NCBI GenBank assembly: GCA_046538485.1
Contig: JBKHIT010000009.1
Span: 42,790 to 106,789 of the forward strand
Reading direction: 5' to 3'
Origin: Candidatus Brocadiia bacterium
Lineage (GTDB): Bacteria; Planctomycetota; Brocadiia; SM23-32
DNA: 64,000 nucleotides
Shown: in pieces, positions 28,601-38,537 of the stretch
How positions within the stretch are numbered: the stretch's first letter is position 1
Layout of the letters: every line of letters begins with the position of its first letter
Translations under genes and position numbers: made by a program
The notes under the pieces: model-generated
The model's input: the letters and a program-made list of their open reading frames with translations, nothing else
The model's database searches: none
What the model was told of the DNA's origin: nothing

Positions 28601-29255
28601 TTTCCTGCTCCTCCGGCATTTTTTGTCCGGGCGTCAGCCGGCCAGTATTGATCCAAACTTTTACTCCAATACTTCCATATTTAGTACTTGCTTCTGTGAA
28701 CCCGTAGTCTATTTTGGCAATGAGTGTGTGCAGAGGCAGACTACCGCGGATTTCGTGGACGCTCCGGGCTATTTCAGAACCGCCCAGACGCCCCGAAATT
28801 TCGATCCGGGCTCCTTCGGCGCCTGCTTCCATCGTAACATCGGCCGTTTGCTTCAGTGTGCGGCGGAACGAAGAACGCCGTTCAAGTTGTTGAGCAACCT
28901 CTTCGGCCACCAGCTGAGCATTTAGTTCAGGTTGAGAGACCTCCTGGACGCTGATTTCTACGGTCCCCGAAGTTAAATCCTGAAGGTCGCCTTTCAATCG
29001 CTCAACTTCGACTCCCTTACGACCGATAAGCAAACCCGGACGTGCACAGTGGACGATCAAATTAATTTCGTCCCGGGTTCTTTCGATTTCAATCTTCGAT
29101 ATACCGGCGTAATAATAATCCTTTTTGATTAACCGGCGAATTCTTTCGTCTTCCACCAGATAATCGCCAAATTTCTCCTTTTCAGCATACCAACGTGACT
29201 TCCAGTTCTCGGTGATACCAAGACGTAGACTGGTTGGTCGAAGTTTTTGCCCCAT
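28593..29255 (-). CDS. rpsC: 30S ribosomal protein S3
   Basis: MGQK..P..LRLG, RPGLLIGRKG, GRLGGSEIAR, PLHTL. Confidence 0.97.
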   Translation of the reverse strand: MGQKLRPTSLRLGITENWKSRWYAEKEKFGDYLVEDERIRRLIKKDYYYAGISKIEIERTRDEINLIVHCARPGLLIGRKGVEVERLKGDLQDLTSGTVEISVQEVSQPELNAQLVAEEVAQQLERRSSFRRTLKQTADVTMEAGAEGARIEISGRLGGSEIARSVHEIRGSLPLHTLIAKIDYGFTEASTKYGSIGVKVWINTGRLTPGQKMPEEQENG

Positions 29256-29266
29256 AATTCCTCCAA

Positions 29267-29602
29267 TTAAGTTCCGTCGTCAAGAACGATATTAATATGA
29301 CTTGTTCGATGCCGTTCCGGCGTTGCGCGGCCACGAGCGCGGGGGCGCCATCGGCGCTGGGTCGGCCCTTTATTGACGCGTGCTTCTTTTACAAAAAGGT
29401 TTTCCATCTCAGCTTCCAAACTTTCGTCTGCATTGGAAATAGCTGATCGAAGCACTTTATCAACCATGCTGGATGCTCGTTTGTTGGTGTTGCGCAGAAT
29501 GAGCAGGGCGTCATCGATATGTTTGCCGCGAATAAGGTCCACAACTTCCTGGACTTTTCGCGGTGCCATTTTTGCGTAACGGTATTTTGCTGTGAATTCC
29601 AT
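29267..29602 (-). CDS. rplV: 50S ribosomal protein L22
   Basis: APRK...VVDLIRGK, SAISNA, RPRARGRA, TSHI; true start at 29602. Confidence 0.97.
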   Translation of the reverse strand: MEFTAKYRYAKMAPRKVQEVVDLIRGKHIDDALLILRNTNKRASSMVDKVLRSAISNADESLEAEMENLFVKEARVNKGPTQRRWRPRARGRATPERHRTSHINIVLDDGT

Positions 29603-29633
29603 TTTTTTGCTCCGGCAAAGGGACGCTACAACG

Positions 29634-29945
29634 TCATCCAAACGTTGGGCCCTCAGTCTCTCCGGTCTCTTCTTCCTCTTCGCGAACCCGGGTGCCGTGT
29701 CCACGGAACCTCCGGGTCAGAGAAAACTCCCCCAACTTGTGGCCCACCATGTCTTCGGTGACCGAGACTTTTTTAAAATCGCGTCCATTATGCACCAAAA
29801 ACGTATGCCCGACGAAGTCAGGAATGATGGTGCACGAGCGAGCCCAGGTGCGAATGGGTTCGTGGCTCATTTCTTCTTTTTGCTTCATGACTTTTTTGAG
29901 CACGTTGTCGTCCACATACGGGCCTTTTTTGAGTGATCGGCTCAC
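29634..29945 (-). CDS. rpsS: 30S ribosomal protein S19
   Basis: [24 protein letters not shown]. Confidence 0.98.
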   Translation of the reverse strand: MSRSLKKGPYVDDNVLKKVMKQKEEMSHEPIRTWARSCTIIPDFVGHTFLVHNGRDFKKVSVTEDMVGHKLGEFSLTRRFRGHGTRVREEEEETGETEGPTFG

Positions 29946-29951
29946 GGTATG

Positions 29952-30779
29952 TTATTTCCTCCTTTTGACAATTAAGCGATCACTGTGTTTTCGTGATTTT
30001 CTTGTTTTCCCGCCTTTAGCGAGAACACCGGTGGGGGAGCAGGGATGACGTCCTCCGTTACTCCTGCCTTCGCCACCTCCCAGAGGGTGGGCAACGGGGT
30101 TCATTGCTTTGCCCCGCACTTTTGGTCGGCGGCCGAGCCAACGACTGCGCCCGGCTTTGCCCAATTTTACGGCTTCGTGTTCGATGTTGCTGAGACGTCC
30201 GATGGTCGCTCGGCATTTGCCAAGTACGCGGCGAACTTCTCCACTGGGCAATATGAGATGTACGTAACGACCTTCCCGGGCGCTGACTTGTGCGGATGAT
30301 CCCGCACTGCGCACGATTTTGCCGCCGCCTCCAGGCAATAATTCGATATTGTGAACAGATAACCCAAGGGGGATGTTCTCGAGGTTCATGCAGTTACCAA
30401 CCCGCGGTTCCGTTCGCTCATCATTGAAAAGAGTTTGGCCGACTTTCAGTCCGGCGGGCGCGAGAATATAACGTCGTTCACCGTCTTCATATTCGATGAG
30501 GGCAATTCGTGCGCTTCGATTGGGGTCATACTGTATGGATAGGACTTCGGCACCCACACCATCTTTGTCCCGTCGGCGGAAATCGATTAGACGGTACCGA
30601 CGTTTATGGCCACCACCGCGTCTGCGCACTGTCATGCGCCCATTGCTGTTGCGACCGCCTGTCTTTTTTATCGGGCGAAGCAAAGATTTTTCGGGTTCAG
30701 TTTCCGTTATCTCCGAAAAATCGGCGCTTGTCATATTGCGGCGGCCGTTTGTTGTCGGTTTGTATGGTTTATTTGCCAT
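29952..30779 (-). CDS. rplB: 50S ribosomal protein L2
   Basis: [33 protein letters not shown]. Confidence 0.98.
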   Translation of the reverse strand: MANKPYKPTTNGRRNMTSADFSEITETEPEKSLLRPIKKTGGRNSNGRMTVRRRGGGHKRRYRLIDFRRRDKDGVGAEVLSIQYDPNRSARIALIEYEDGERRYILAPAGLKVGQTLFNDERTEPRVGNCMNLENIPLGLSVHNIELLPGGGGKIVRSAGSSAQVSAREGRYVHLILPSGEVRRVLGKCRATIGRLSNIEHEAVKLGKAGRSRWLGRRPKVRGKAMNPVAHPLGGGEGRSNGGRHPCSPTGVLAKGGKTRKSRKHSDRLIVKRRK

Positions 30780-30808
30780 AATCGTGCTCCGTGGGTTTCA
30801 AAAATGTA

Positions 30809-31093
30809 TCAATAACCAATATCGATTGTGTCACCGGGTCGAATCTTGACAATAGCCTTTTTTCTGTCGGGTGTTTTTCCCCGCATCCACCCCCTGCGTC
30901 GGGATTTGCCGGGAATCTTGAGCGTATTTACTGAGACGACTTTGACATCAGGGAAAAGGTGTTCAACCGCCCGATGGATTTGTTTTTTGCTGGCTCTTTG
31001 ATCAACTTCAAAATGGTACTGATTGTTTGTACGGATGTCCTCTACACTTTTTTCTGTGTGAAGGGGGCCTTTGATGATTTCATGTATATCCAT
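30809..31093 (-). CDS. rplW: 50S ribosomal protein L23
   Basis: P..TEKS, Y.FEV, VNT, KKAIV. Confidence 0.95.
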   Translation of the reverse strand: MDIHEIIKGPLHTEKSVEDIRTNNQYHFEVDQRASKKQIHRAVEHLFPDVKVVSVNTLKIPGKSRRRGWMRGKTPDRKKAIVKIRPGDTIDIGY

Positions 31094-31096
31094 GGA

Positions 31097-31765
31097 TCAC
31101 TCCGTATCTGCAGCGGCGGTTTCTGAATCTTCCACACGGGTTTTTGCGAGGTTATCAATTGCTTCCCGCCAGGCTTCACGTGTGAAAATAACTTTTTGCG
31201 GCCGAATAACTTCGTAGGAATTGAGTTCTCGCGCGACGCGCATTGATGAGCCGGGAATATTCTTTGTGCATCGCCACAGGATTTCATTATGTTCGGAGAG
31301 AACGACAAGGAACGTCCTTTCAACCCCAAGATTTTCCAGAATGCTGGCCATTTCGCGTGTTTTGGGCTCGGGGAGTTCAAGTTGATCCACCACAATGATT
31401 TCATCGGAAAGGGCCTTACCCAATACGGCAGCGGCAAGAGCCTTACGCCGCATTTTTTTGTTCAGCTTTTTGGAGTAATCCCTTGGTTGCGGCCCAAAAG
31501 TGGTTGCGCCACCCACCCAGAGAGGACTCGAGCGAGTCCCTGCGCGGGCGCGCCCCGTGCCTTTCTGAGGCCAGGGTTTGCGATCTGAATGTGCGTCTTC
31601 TCCCCGGGTTTTTGTTTTGGCTGTTCCAACACGCTGATTGCTTTCATACGTCAGAACCGCCTGCCTGAGCAGATCCTGCCGTACTTTTCCTCCGAGGGCG
31701 GCTTCTTCTATTTGCAGCTCTTCCAGTATTTCACCGGCCGTATTTTTGACGGGAATGTTTATCAT
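31097..31765 (-). CDS. rplD: 50S ribosomal protein L4
   Basis: KPWPQKGTGRARAG, GG..TFGPQPRDY, KKMRR. Confidence 0.97.
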   Translation of the reverse strand: MINIPVKNTAGEILEELQIEEAALGGKVRQDLLRQAVLTYESNQRVGTAKTKTRGEDAHSDRKPWPQKGTGRARAGTRSSPLWVGGATTFGPQPRDYSKKLNKKMRRKALAAAVLGKALSDEIIVVDQLELPEPKTREMASILENLGVERTFLVVLSEHNEILWRCTKNIPGSSMRVARELNSYEVIRPQKVIFTREAWREAIDNLAKTRVEDSETAAADTE

Positions 31766-31802
31766 TATTTCATCCGCCTCGTGAGTTACAATTTCGAAAA
31801 AA

Positions 31803-32438
31803 TCAATCTTCCGTTTCTAAGACTTTGCTCACCATTACATAATTGCCTTTACTCCCGGGGACGCTTCCTTTAACGAGGAGCAGGTTTCGCTCGGGGTCTA
31901 TTTTGACTACTTCGAGATTGCGCATGGTTACCCGTTCGTTTCCCATTTGACCGGCCATGCGACGCCCTTTAATGACGCGTCCGGGATCCGTGCCGGGTCC
32001 GATAGAACCGGCGTGACGGACAGCTTTACCGCCGTGGGACCCGCGACCGCCACTGAATCCGTGTCGGCGCACGACACCGGCAAAACCGCGGCCTTTGCTC
32101 GTGCCCACGACATCGACCAGCTTGGTATCGCCAAAAATCTCGACAGTCAACTCTTGTCCGAGTTCTAATTCGATGTCGGCCTCAGTTTCGACGTCTCGCA
32201 AAACTTTTTTTGGACTCACTCCCGCTTTGTCGAAATGCCCGAGTAATGCGTTGGATGTGTTTTTCCTTTTTTTCTCGTCGAATCCGATTTGAATATCAGG
32301 TGGGAGTTCGTCGCCTTTTTTCTTAATTTGAACAATAGGGCAGGGACCGACCCGCAGAACGGTAACGGGCAACAGGGTTCCCTCCTCATCGAAAACCTGC
32401 GTCATACCGATTTTTTTGCCGATTAATGTTTTAACCAT
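31803..32438 (-). CDS. rplC: 50S ribosomal protein L3
   Basis: GKKIGMTQVF, SKGRGFAGVVRRH, MAGQMG, VKGSVPG. Confidence 0.97.
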   Translation of the reverse strand: MVKTLIGKKIGMTQVFDEEGTLLPVTVLRVGPCPIVQIKKKGDELPPDIQIGFDEKKRKNTSNALLGHFDKAGVSPKKVLRDVETEADIELELGQELTVEIFGDTKLVDVVGTSKGRGFAGVVRRHGFSGGRGSHGGKAVRHAGSIGPGTDPGRVIKGRRMAGQMGNERVTMRNLEVVKIDPERNLLLVKGSVPGSKGNYVMVSKVLETED

Positions 32439-32757
32439 TTCTTTTGAAACTCCGCTTCAAGTCCGGCAGATCGACACACCAAAACGTTTTTATCACGGGA
32501 TAATGCTCACCTCAACCGAACAAAATTGCTGGCAGGTGTTGCAAAACAGGCACATTGAATCATGTGCCCCGGAGGTGGTGTTAGAGACTGCCGTCTACTG
32601 CCGCTTAAGGCCCGGTAGCTGGGACATGCTTTTGACGGAAATAACTTCTCCAGTGACAACATCCCTAATTTTTATGCCGGGTGCGGCGCTTTGAAGAACG
32701 ACGTTCGATCTTTGTTCTTGATCGGGGACCCAAACGGCCCCCTTCGGGTCCCGCCGG

Positions 32758-33063
32758 CTAAACTTTGATCTTTATTTCAACGCCGGCCGGTATCTTCAAG
32801 TTATTCAAGGCATCCACAGTAGGGATCGTCGGTTCGATGATGTCAATCAACCGCTTGTGCGTACGTATTTCAAATTGTTCCCGCGAACGCTTGTCAACAT
32901 GGGGGCTGCGCAAAACAGTGTAGCGTTCAATATGAGTTGGCAAAGGCACCGGGCCACTGACTTTCGCTCCAGTCCGCGTTGCCGCGTCAATTATATCTTT
33001 TACCGACCGGTCCAGAATCCGGTGGTCGTAGGCTTCCATTCTGATACGAATGCGTTCTTGCAT
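32758..33063 (-). CDS. rpsJ: 30S ribosomal protein S10
   Basis: [36 protein letters not shown]. Confidence 0.98.
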   Translation of the reverse strand: MQERIRIRMEAYDHRILDRSVKDIIDAATRTGAKVSGPVPLPTHIERYTVLRSPHVDKRSREQFEIRTHKRLIDIIEPTIPTVDALNNLKIPAGVEIKIKV

Positions 33064-33119
33064 TACTTAAAAAAGGATCAAAAAAAGGGTAGAAGGGCTG
33101 AATGGCGCACGAAAAAGCA

Positions 33120-33147
33120 ATTCTAACAGATTCCGCGAAGATGTCAA
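33120..33147 (-). promoter_or_regulatory. Sigma70 promoter of the S10 superoperon
   Basis: Minus strand TTGACA-16 nt-TAGAAT with extended -10 TG. Confidence 0.78.
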
Positions 33148-33195
33148 GCGGGATCCATGAAATTGAAACGGAAAAAACAAAAAAATTCCCAAATT

Positions 33196-33226
33196 TCCTC
33201 GGTCGCCCTCAATGGGCGACCGAGGA
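33196..33226 (-). terminator. Strong hairpin after the HEAT-repeat gene (probable terminator)
   Basis: Perfect 13-bp stem TCCTCGGTCGCCC/GGGCGACCGAGGA with U-rich sequence shortly downstream on the minus strand. Confidence 0.65.
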
Positions 33227-33264
33227 CCGGGCAAAATCAAAACGTTATCCGCAAAGACGCGAGA

Positions 33265-35613
33265 TTACTCGTCGTTCTCGGCAGTTTCAGCTTTACTCAA
33301 CGTGTTGCCAACGAGCAATCTTACTTCCTTGCCTTCCAAGCCGGAAATGCTGAGGGCTTCTGCGGCTCCTTCACGGACAGATTGTTGTTCCGCTTCCAGG
33401 GCTTTGCGCAGGACGTCCAAAACATCCTGTGGGGGGTGTTTTTGGGTTCTTTGAAGGATTTCGGCAATCGCGTAGCACGCAGCCGCGTTGATATTAACCG
33501 TATCCTTTCCTTCAGCCCGCCCGGATTCCCCTTTGGTTTCCTCAGATTCAGAGGTTTCTTCATCCCATTCGCGCTCGACCTGTTGAGCAAGCGGTTTTAG
33601 AGCACTGATGGAACCAAATCCCGCAAGATTTCTGATAGTCCGCAAAGTGATTTCTGGCTGTTTGCTTGTGAGCGCAGATACCAGAGCCGGTTCTGTCATG
33701 CTCAGACGATATCTGGTGTTATCGGGATCAACCTGTTCGAGGGCTTTGACGGCTCGCAAAACAATCTCAGCCCGTTCCTTTCCACTGAAGACCTCAGCTT
33801 CAGCAAGAGCGTTATCCAGCAGCTCGGCCACACTTTTTTCCCGAATCTTGGCAGGGGCGATAATTGCGTCAACCTTTTTATACGGTGCCAGGTCAGGCGA
33901 GTCCTTTTGGCTATCGACGATCAAAAAGAGGGGGACCGATTTTGTGCGTCCATCTTGCGTGATTTTTTGATACGCACCCTGGAACCGTCCCGGAGCAACA
34001 TTCGCGTGAACGAACACGGCATCCACAGCCGGCATCAGTTTCAGCGCGGCGTTGATCGAAACGCTATCGGTTTTTGCTCCTGCGGTAGCGACGTTTTGGT
34101 TTTCCAGGGCCTTGGCGAGCTTGTTTTTGATTTGATTATTGTCCGACACAATAAGAACGGTCCGCTGAGAGATTCGCTTTAGAGCCGCCGAGAGCACTTG
34201 CATGACCCTGTCAGCGTCGAGCAAAGTGCCTTCGGGGGAGCCCTTCACGGCTTCAACGGCTGCCTGATATCGGACGTTTTTATCCGAAAAGTGAAGCGCG
34301 CCTCGCAAGGCGCGGGTTGCATGGGCATTGGAAAGGCCCATTTTAGTCCCGAGCATCTTGACGAGGATGAGGCTTGCTGAGCCATCTCTCACGTGCATTG
34401 TATGTTCCAGCGCCCTGCCCACAGCGGCGGAACCATAAAGATGGCATACAACCGGCACGCGTTTCTTCAGGGCTTTCCGGTAACGCCTGGCTTCTTTTTT
34501 CATGTCTTCAGGGCCTTTTTCAATGTAGGTCCTGACCAGTCGGACCTGACGGCTCAAAAGAGCAACGAGCAAGCTTTGCAGTTCCAGATTATCGGGAGCG
34601 AGTTCCAGGCTTTTCAAAGCAATTTCTGTGCCCTGCCGTTGGAAATAAAGATAGTGAGGCACGAGTTCATAAACCAGCTTCCCCGGCTTGTCATCAGTGC
34701 TTTTCTGCCAGGACCAGACCGGTTTATGTCTTCCGAAGGTATTTCCGACCACACTGGTTTTTTCAGCAAGGTAGTATTTAAGAAGTTGCTGATATTTGTC
34801 CACGGCACTGCCGGCGCTTTTTGGGGTTTTCCCCGTAATGTTTCTCAATGCTTTAATGGCTGCTTCTTCCAGATGGCCAGGTGTACTCTTATTCTCCGTA
34901 ATAGCTAACAGAGCCGGGACTGCCCGTGAGTCAGCGATCTGTCCCAACGTCGCGGTTACGCGCGTTTTTACCAGATTGTTTTCTATCTGAAGAGCAGAGA
35001 CGAGCGGGAGAGTGGCGTTGGCGCCGATATCGGATAGTGTTGAGATCGCGCGCGCGACAACTCTCTCATTGTTTTCTTTCTTGTCACGCAGCAAATCCAA
35101 GAGGTGAGGCACTGACCATTCATCGTGAGCGAGGAATCGGGCACGCGCCTTGATATATGCTTTGACGTCTTTGCTTCGGAATCCGGCGATCAATTCCTCG
35201 GCGTTGTCGATTTTACGCTTGTTTGCCCGAACGGCTTCGTTCAGCATTTCCAGAACTTGTTCGGCAGCCTGAGAAAGCTCTTCATCTTTGGCGCCAACCA
35301 TTTTTGCAATGCTACCCAGTTCTGCTTGCTTGCGCAGCTCCAGTCCTACCTGAGAAGTTATATCCGCCTTAAGCAATTTATCAAAAGTTTTTTTTGCCTC
35401 TTCATACTCCTGCTTCTGATAATGGCGTACGCCTTTCTGCAGGAGCTTCGAAAGTTTATCTGTCTCTGCTTGTTTTTTGGCATCCTTCTGTTTGGCAGAT
35501 TTTTCTTTTTCACTCAGTTTTTTTTCGCCACCAAAGGCGGGCACCGAAATACCGAGTACCAAAACTGCCATCAACGCCGACCACAGCCCCAACCGCGACA
35601 ATCTCTTATGCAT
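33265..35613 (-). CDS. Exported HEAT/TPR-repeat protein
   Basis: Signal peptide (..ISVPAFG); TPR-like helix; HEAT-like repeats (LPLVSAL, TLGQIADSRAVPALL, VRYQAA, VREGAAEAL). Confidence 0.75.
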   Translation of the reverse strand: MHKRLSRLGLWSALMAVLVLGISVPAFGGEKKLSEKEKSAKQKDAKKQAETDKLSKLLQKGVRHYQKQEYEEAKKTFDKLLKADITSQVGLELRKQAELGSIAKMVGAKDEELSQAAEQVLEMLNEAVRANKRKIDNAEELIAGFRSKDVKAYIKARARFLAHDEWSVPHLLDLLRDKKENNERVVARAISTLSDIGANATLPLVSALQIENNLVKTRVTATLGQIADSRAVPALLAITENKSTPGHLEEAAIKALRNITGKTPKSAGSAVDKYQQLLKYYLAEKTSVVGNTFGRHKPVWSWQKSTDDKPGKLVYELVPHYLYFQRQGTEIALKSLELAPDNLELQSLLVALLSRQVRLVRTYIEKGPEDMKKEARRYRKALKKRVPVVCHLYGSAAVGRALEHTMHVRDGSASLILVKMLGTKMGLSNAHATRALRGALHFSDKNVRYQAAVEAVKGSPEGTLLDADRVMQVLSAALKRISQRTVLIVSDNNQIKNKLAKALENQNVATAGAKTDSVSINAALKLMPAVDAVFVHANVAPGRFQGAYQKITQDGRTKSVPLFLIVDSQKDSPDLAPYKKVDAIIAPAKIREKSVAELLDNALAEAEVFSGKERAEIVLRAVKALEQVDPDNTRYRLSMTEPALVSALTSKQPEITLRTIRNLAGFGSISALKPLAQQVEREWDEETSESEETKGESGRAEGKDTVNINAAACYAIAEILQRTQKHPPQDVLDVLRKALEAEQQSVREGAAEALSISGLEGKEVRLLVGNTLSKAETAENDE

Positions 35614-35719
35614 TGCACTCTCCTTCGCTTGATTGATCAGCTTTAACTACTACCCCCGTCTTACCCACATCTCCGTCAGCACCGCAAAAGCTTCAGCTTT
35701 TTTGGCGAAATGATACAAC

Positions 35720-37024
35720 TTATGTAACGGTTTTCTCTTTTTCGATCAAGTCTTCGTACGTTTCTCGTCGTCGGGCAAGTTGCGATTTACCTCCTGAAAC
35801 GATCACCTCGCATGCGCGCGGGCGGGAATTATAATTCGAACTCATCGAAAAACCGTAAGCGCCTGTATCGAAGATCGCCAGAATGGTTCCTTCCTTAACT
35901 TTTGGAAGAGGTCGATTTTTCGCAAAAAAATCGCCACTTTCACAAACCGGTCCGACAACGTCAACAATTTCCGTATCCAAAGCATCGTAAGATTTGTCAT
36001 CATTTTTTACGATTTCCGGCATTCCACCTTCGGCTCGTGCTGGCCAGAGCCGATGAAACGACCCATATAGAGTCGGCCGAAGCAGGTCATTCATGCCTGC
36101 ATCACAGATTAGAAACCGTTTTCCATGTCCGGTAACCTTGCGGTAAATCACCCGAGTCAACAGGATTCCACTCGGTCCGGAGACAAAACGACCGGGCTCT
36201 ATAATAACCTGAGAATCCAAATTTTCAAGAAAAGGTTGCAAATCGGCGGCATATTTTTCGGGTCCGAGAACTTTTTCGCCCGTGTATGAAATGCAATACC
36301 CCCCCCCAAGATTGATGGTGTCGATCTCACATCCAAGCTTGCTGAGTTTTTCTCGAAGGGCGGAAAGTTTCTCCAGGGCTTCGACATACGGGTCCGCTTT
36401 GTAAATCGGCGAACCCAGATGAACATGAAGTCCTCGAAGCCGAATTCCAGACATTGCAAGGGATCGAGATGCAAGATCAGTGGCAACTCTAATACTTATC
36501 CCGAATTTATTCTCTTTTTTGCCGGTGGTGGTTTTCTGGTGCGTCCCTGCGTCTACATCTGGATTTATTCGCAGGGCAATATCTGCCGTTTGACCCATTT
36601 TGTCGGCCACCCGTGCTATACTCTCCATTTCCGCAGAGGACTCGACATTGAACATCCGTACGCCTGATTCCAAAGCAAACTCGATTTCCGCCGTCGTTTT
36701 GCCCACACCGGCGTAAACGACTTTGCGGGGGTCTCCTCCCGCCTGGATGACCCGAAAAAGCTCTCCGCCGCTCACCACGTCAAAACCGCTTCCCTCCTGA
36801 TGCAACAGCGTGAGCACAGCAAGGTTAGGAAGAGATTTTACCGAAAAACACACGAGCGGGTCCCAGCGCCCAAATGCGTCCCTGATCATGCGGTAGCGTT
36901 TTTTGAGCAAATCGGAGCTGTAAACGTAGCACGGGGTTTCGAATTCATCAACGATCTGCTCGACCGGCGCACCATCACAATGGAGTTCATCGTTTTCGTA
37001 GTAAAACCCAGACCTTTTCTCCAA
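35720..37024 (-). CDS. lysA: Diaminopimelate decarboxylase
   Basis: TPCYVY, FSVKS, FDVVSGGE, HVHLGS, IEPGR, GPVCESGD, GAYGFSMSSNYN. Confidence 0.95.
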   Translation of the reverse strand: MEKRSGFYYENDELHCDGAPVEQIVDEFETPCYVYSSDLLKKRYRMIRDAFGRWDPLVCFSVKSLPNLAVLTLLHQEGSGFDVVSGGELFRVIQAGGDPRKVVYAGVGKTTAEIEFALESGVRMFNVESSAEMESIARVADKMGQTADIALRINPDVDAGTHQKTTTGKKENKFGISIRVATDLASRSLAMSGIRLRGLHVHLGSPIYKADPYVEALEKLSALREKLSKLGCEIDTINLGGGYCISYTGEKVLGPEKYAADLQPFLENLDSQVIIEPGRFVSGPSGILLTRVIYRKVTGHGKRFLICDAGMNDLLRPTLYGSFHRLWPARAEGGMPEIVKNDDKSYDALDTEIVDVVGPVCESGDFFAKNRPLPKVKEGTILAIFDTGAYGFSMSSNYNSRPRACEVIVSGGKSQLARRRETYEDLIEKEKTVT

Positions 37025-37160
37025 AACAAAACCCTTCTCAAATTTCAGCGGATTCTCTGTCCGAAGTTTAAAAAGGATACAGGGAAGTTTACGGTAAAGT
37101 CAATGACACCGGCTTCGGATATAACAAAGAAAGAAGTCTCTATAACCTCGTCGGAAGAAA

Positions 37161-38528
37161 CTACTCCTCAAGCATTCCGAGACCTTCACGCAGATGTCGA
37201 ACGGTTTTTATCCCTATATCAAGACCGGAAGGGACTTTTTTGTTTCCCGCGGGAACAATCGCTTTTTCAAAGCCGAGCTTCGCAGCTTCCGTCAGGCGCC
37301 TGTCCAGGTGACTCACCGCGCGAACCTCGCCCGAAAGCCCGACTTCGCCAATCGCCACGGCGTCCGCGGGAAATGGCACGTCCCGTTTGCTCGAGATAAT
37401 CGCGAGAGCCAGAGGTAAGTCCGCCGCCGGTTCGGCAACGCGCACACCTCCGGCCACATTGGCAAAAGCATCGCTGGGCCCAAGATTCAATCCCACACGT
37501 CTGTCCAGCACGGACAGAAGCATACCAAAACGTTTGTAATCAATCCCGCTTGCTTTGCGCTCGGGCGTGCCGTAAGAACTCGGTGTGACAAGTGCCTGAA
37601 TTTCTACCAGTAGGGCACGATTGCCTTCGATGGCTGCCGTGACCACCGATCCGCTCTCCTGAGCGTCGCGTTCAGAAAGAAACAGTTCGCTTGGATTCGT
37701 CACGTCACGAAGACCTGTTTCGCCCATCTGGAAAACACCAATTTCATTTACAGAGCCAAATCGATTTTTCGTAGCACGTAGAATGCGGAAAGACTGGGAT
37801 TGCTCGCTCTCAAAATAGAGAACCGTATCAACCATGTGCTCCAATGCTTTGGGCCCGGCAATCGAGCCACTTTTTGTCACGTGGCCGACCAAAAAAAGAC
37901 CGGACGCCAGACGTTTCGCCTGGCGGATGAGTTCGGACCCGCTGGTCTTCAGGTGGGTCAGGCTTCCAATCGGTGAATCCAGATCGTCCACGATCACCAT
38001 CTGGATGGAGTCAACAACTGTAACTTCAGGCTTTTCCTGTTCAAGAAGCGCAGCGATGGAGTCAAGAGATGTCTCAGCTGCCACCTGAAGCGGGCTTTCG
38101 CTTACCCCGAGCCGCTCCGCGCGGAGTTTTATCTGACTGAGCGATTCTTCGCAGCTTACGTAAATGCACGGGTGATCGCTCTGCGCGAGTTTACCCAGGG
38201 CCTGCAACAACACTGTCGATTTGCCGATGCCCGGTTCACCCCCGATCAAAACCGTCCCCCCGTGAAGAATACCTCCGCCGAGGACCCGATCGAATTCCGT
38301 TATGCCCGTCTGCAACCGCGCACGGGTCTCCTCGGGAATTTCAGGAAGAGTGTAGCTTTCAGCGGGGCGTGCTCCCTGGCCGGCACGGCGGAATCCGCTC
38401 GAATCACCTTCGGAAACCGTTTCCGCCAGCGAATCCCATTCGCCACAGTTCGGGCATCGACCGCTCCAGCGGGCAAAGGATGCTCCGCATTCGCTGCAGA
38501 CATATCGGGCGTGCTTTTTTTTGCTCAT
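37161..38528 (-). CDS. radA: DNA repair protein RadA/Sms
   Basis: CSECG..CPNC zinc finger, GGEPGIGKST, KNRFG, Lon-like C-terminus GEVGLSGEVR. Confidence 0.97.
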   Translation of the reverse strand: MSKKKHARYVCSECGASFARWSGRCPNCGEWDSLAETVSEGDSSGFRRAGQGARPAESYTLPEIPEETRARLQTGITEFDRVLGGGILHGGTVLIGGEPGIGKSTVLLQALGKLAQSDHPCIYVSCEESLSQIKLRAERLGVSESPLQVAAETSLDSIAALLEQEKPEVTVVDSIQMVIVDDLDSPIGSLTHLKTSGSELIRQAKRLASGLFLVGHVTKSGSIAGPKALEHMVDTVLYFESEQSQSFRILRATKNRFGSVNEIGVFQMGETGLRDVTNPSELFLSERDAQESGSVVTAAIEGNRALLVEIQALVTPSSYGTPERKASGIDYKRFGMLLSVLDRRVGLNLGPSDAFANVAGGVRVAEPAADLPLALAIISSKRDVPFPADAVAIGEVGLSGEVRAVSHLDRRLTEAAKLGFEKAIVPAGNKKVPSGLDIGIKTVRHLREGLGMLEE

Positions 38529-38537
38529 TTGCCTTCC

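Noticed and set aside
32724..32752. GACCCAAACGG shared between the rpsJ-rplC spacer and the MITE arm
   Set aside because: Only 11 nt of identity with no flanking similarity or terminal repeats; likely chance.
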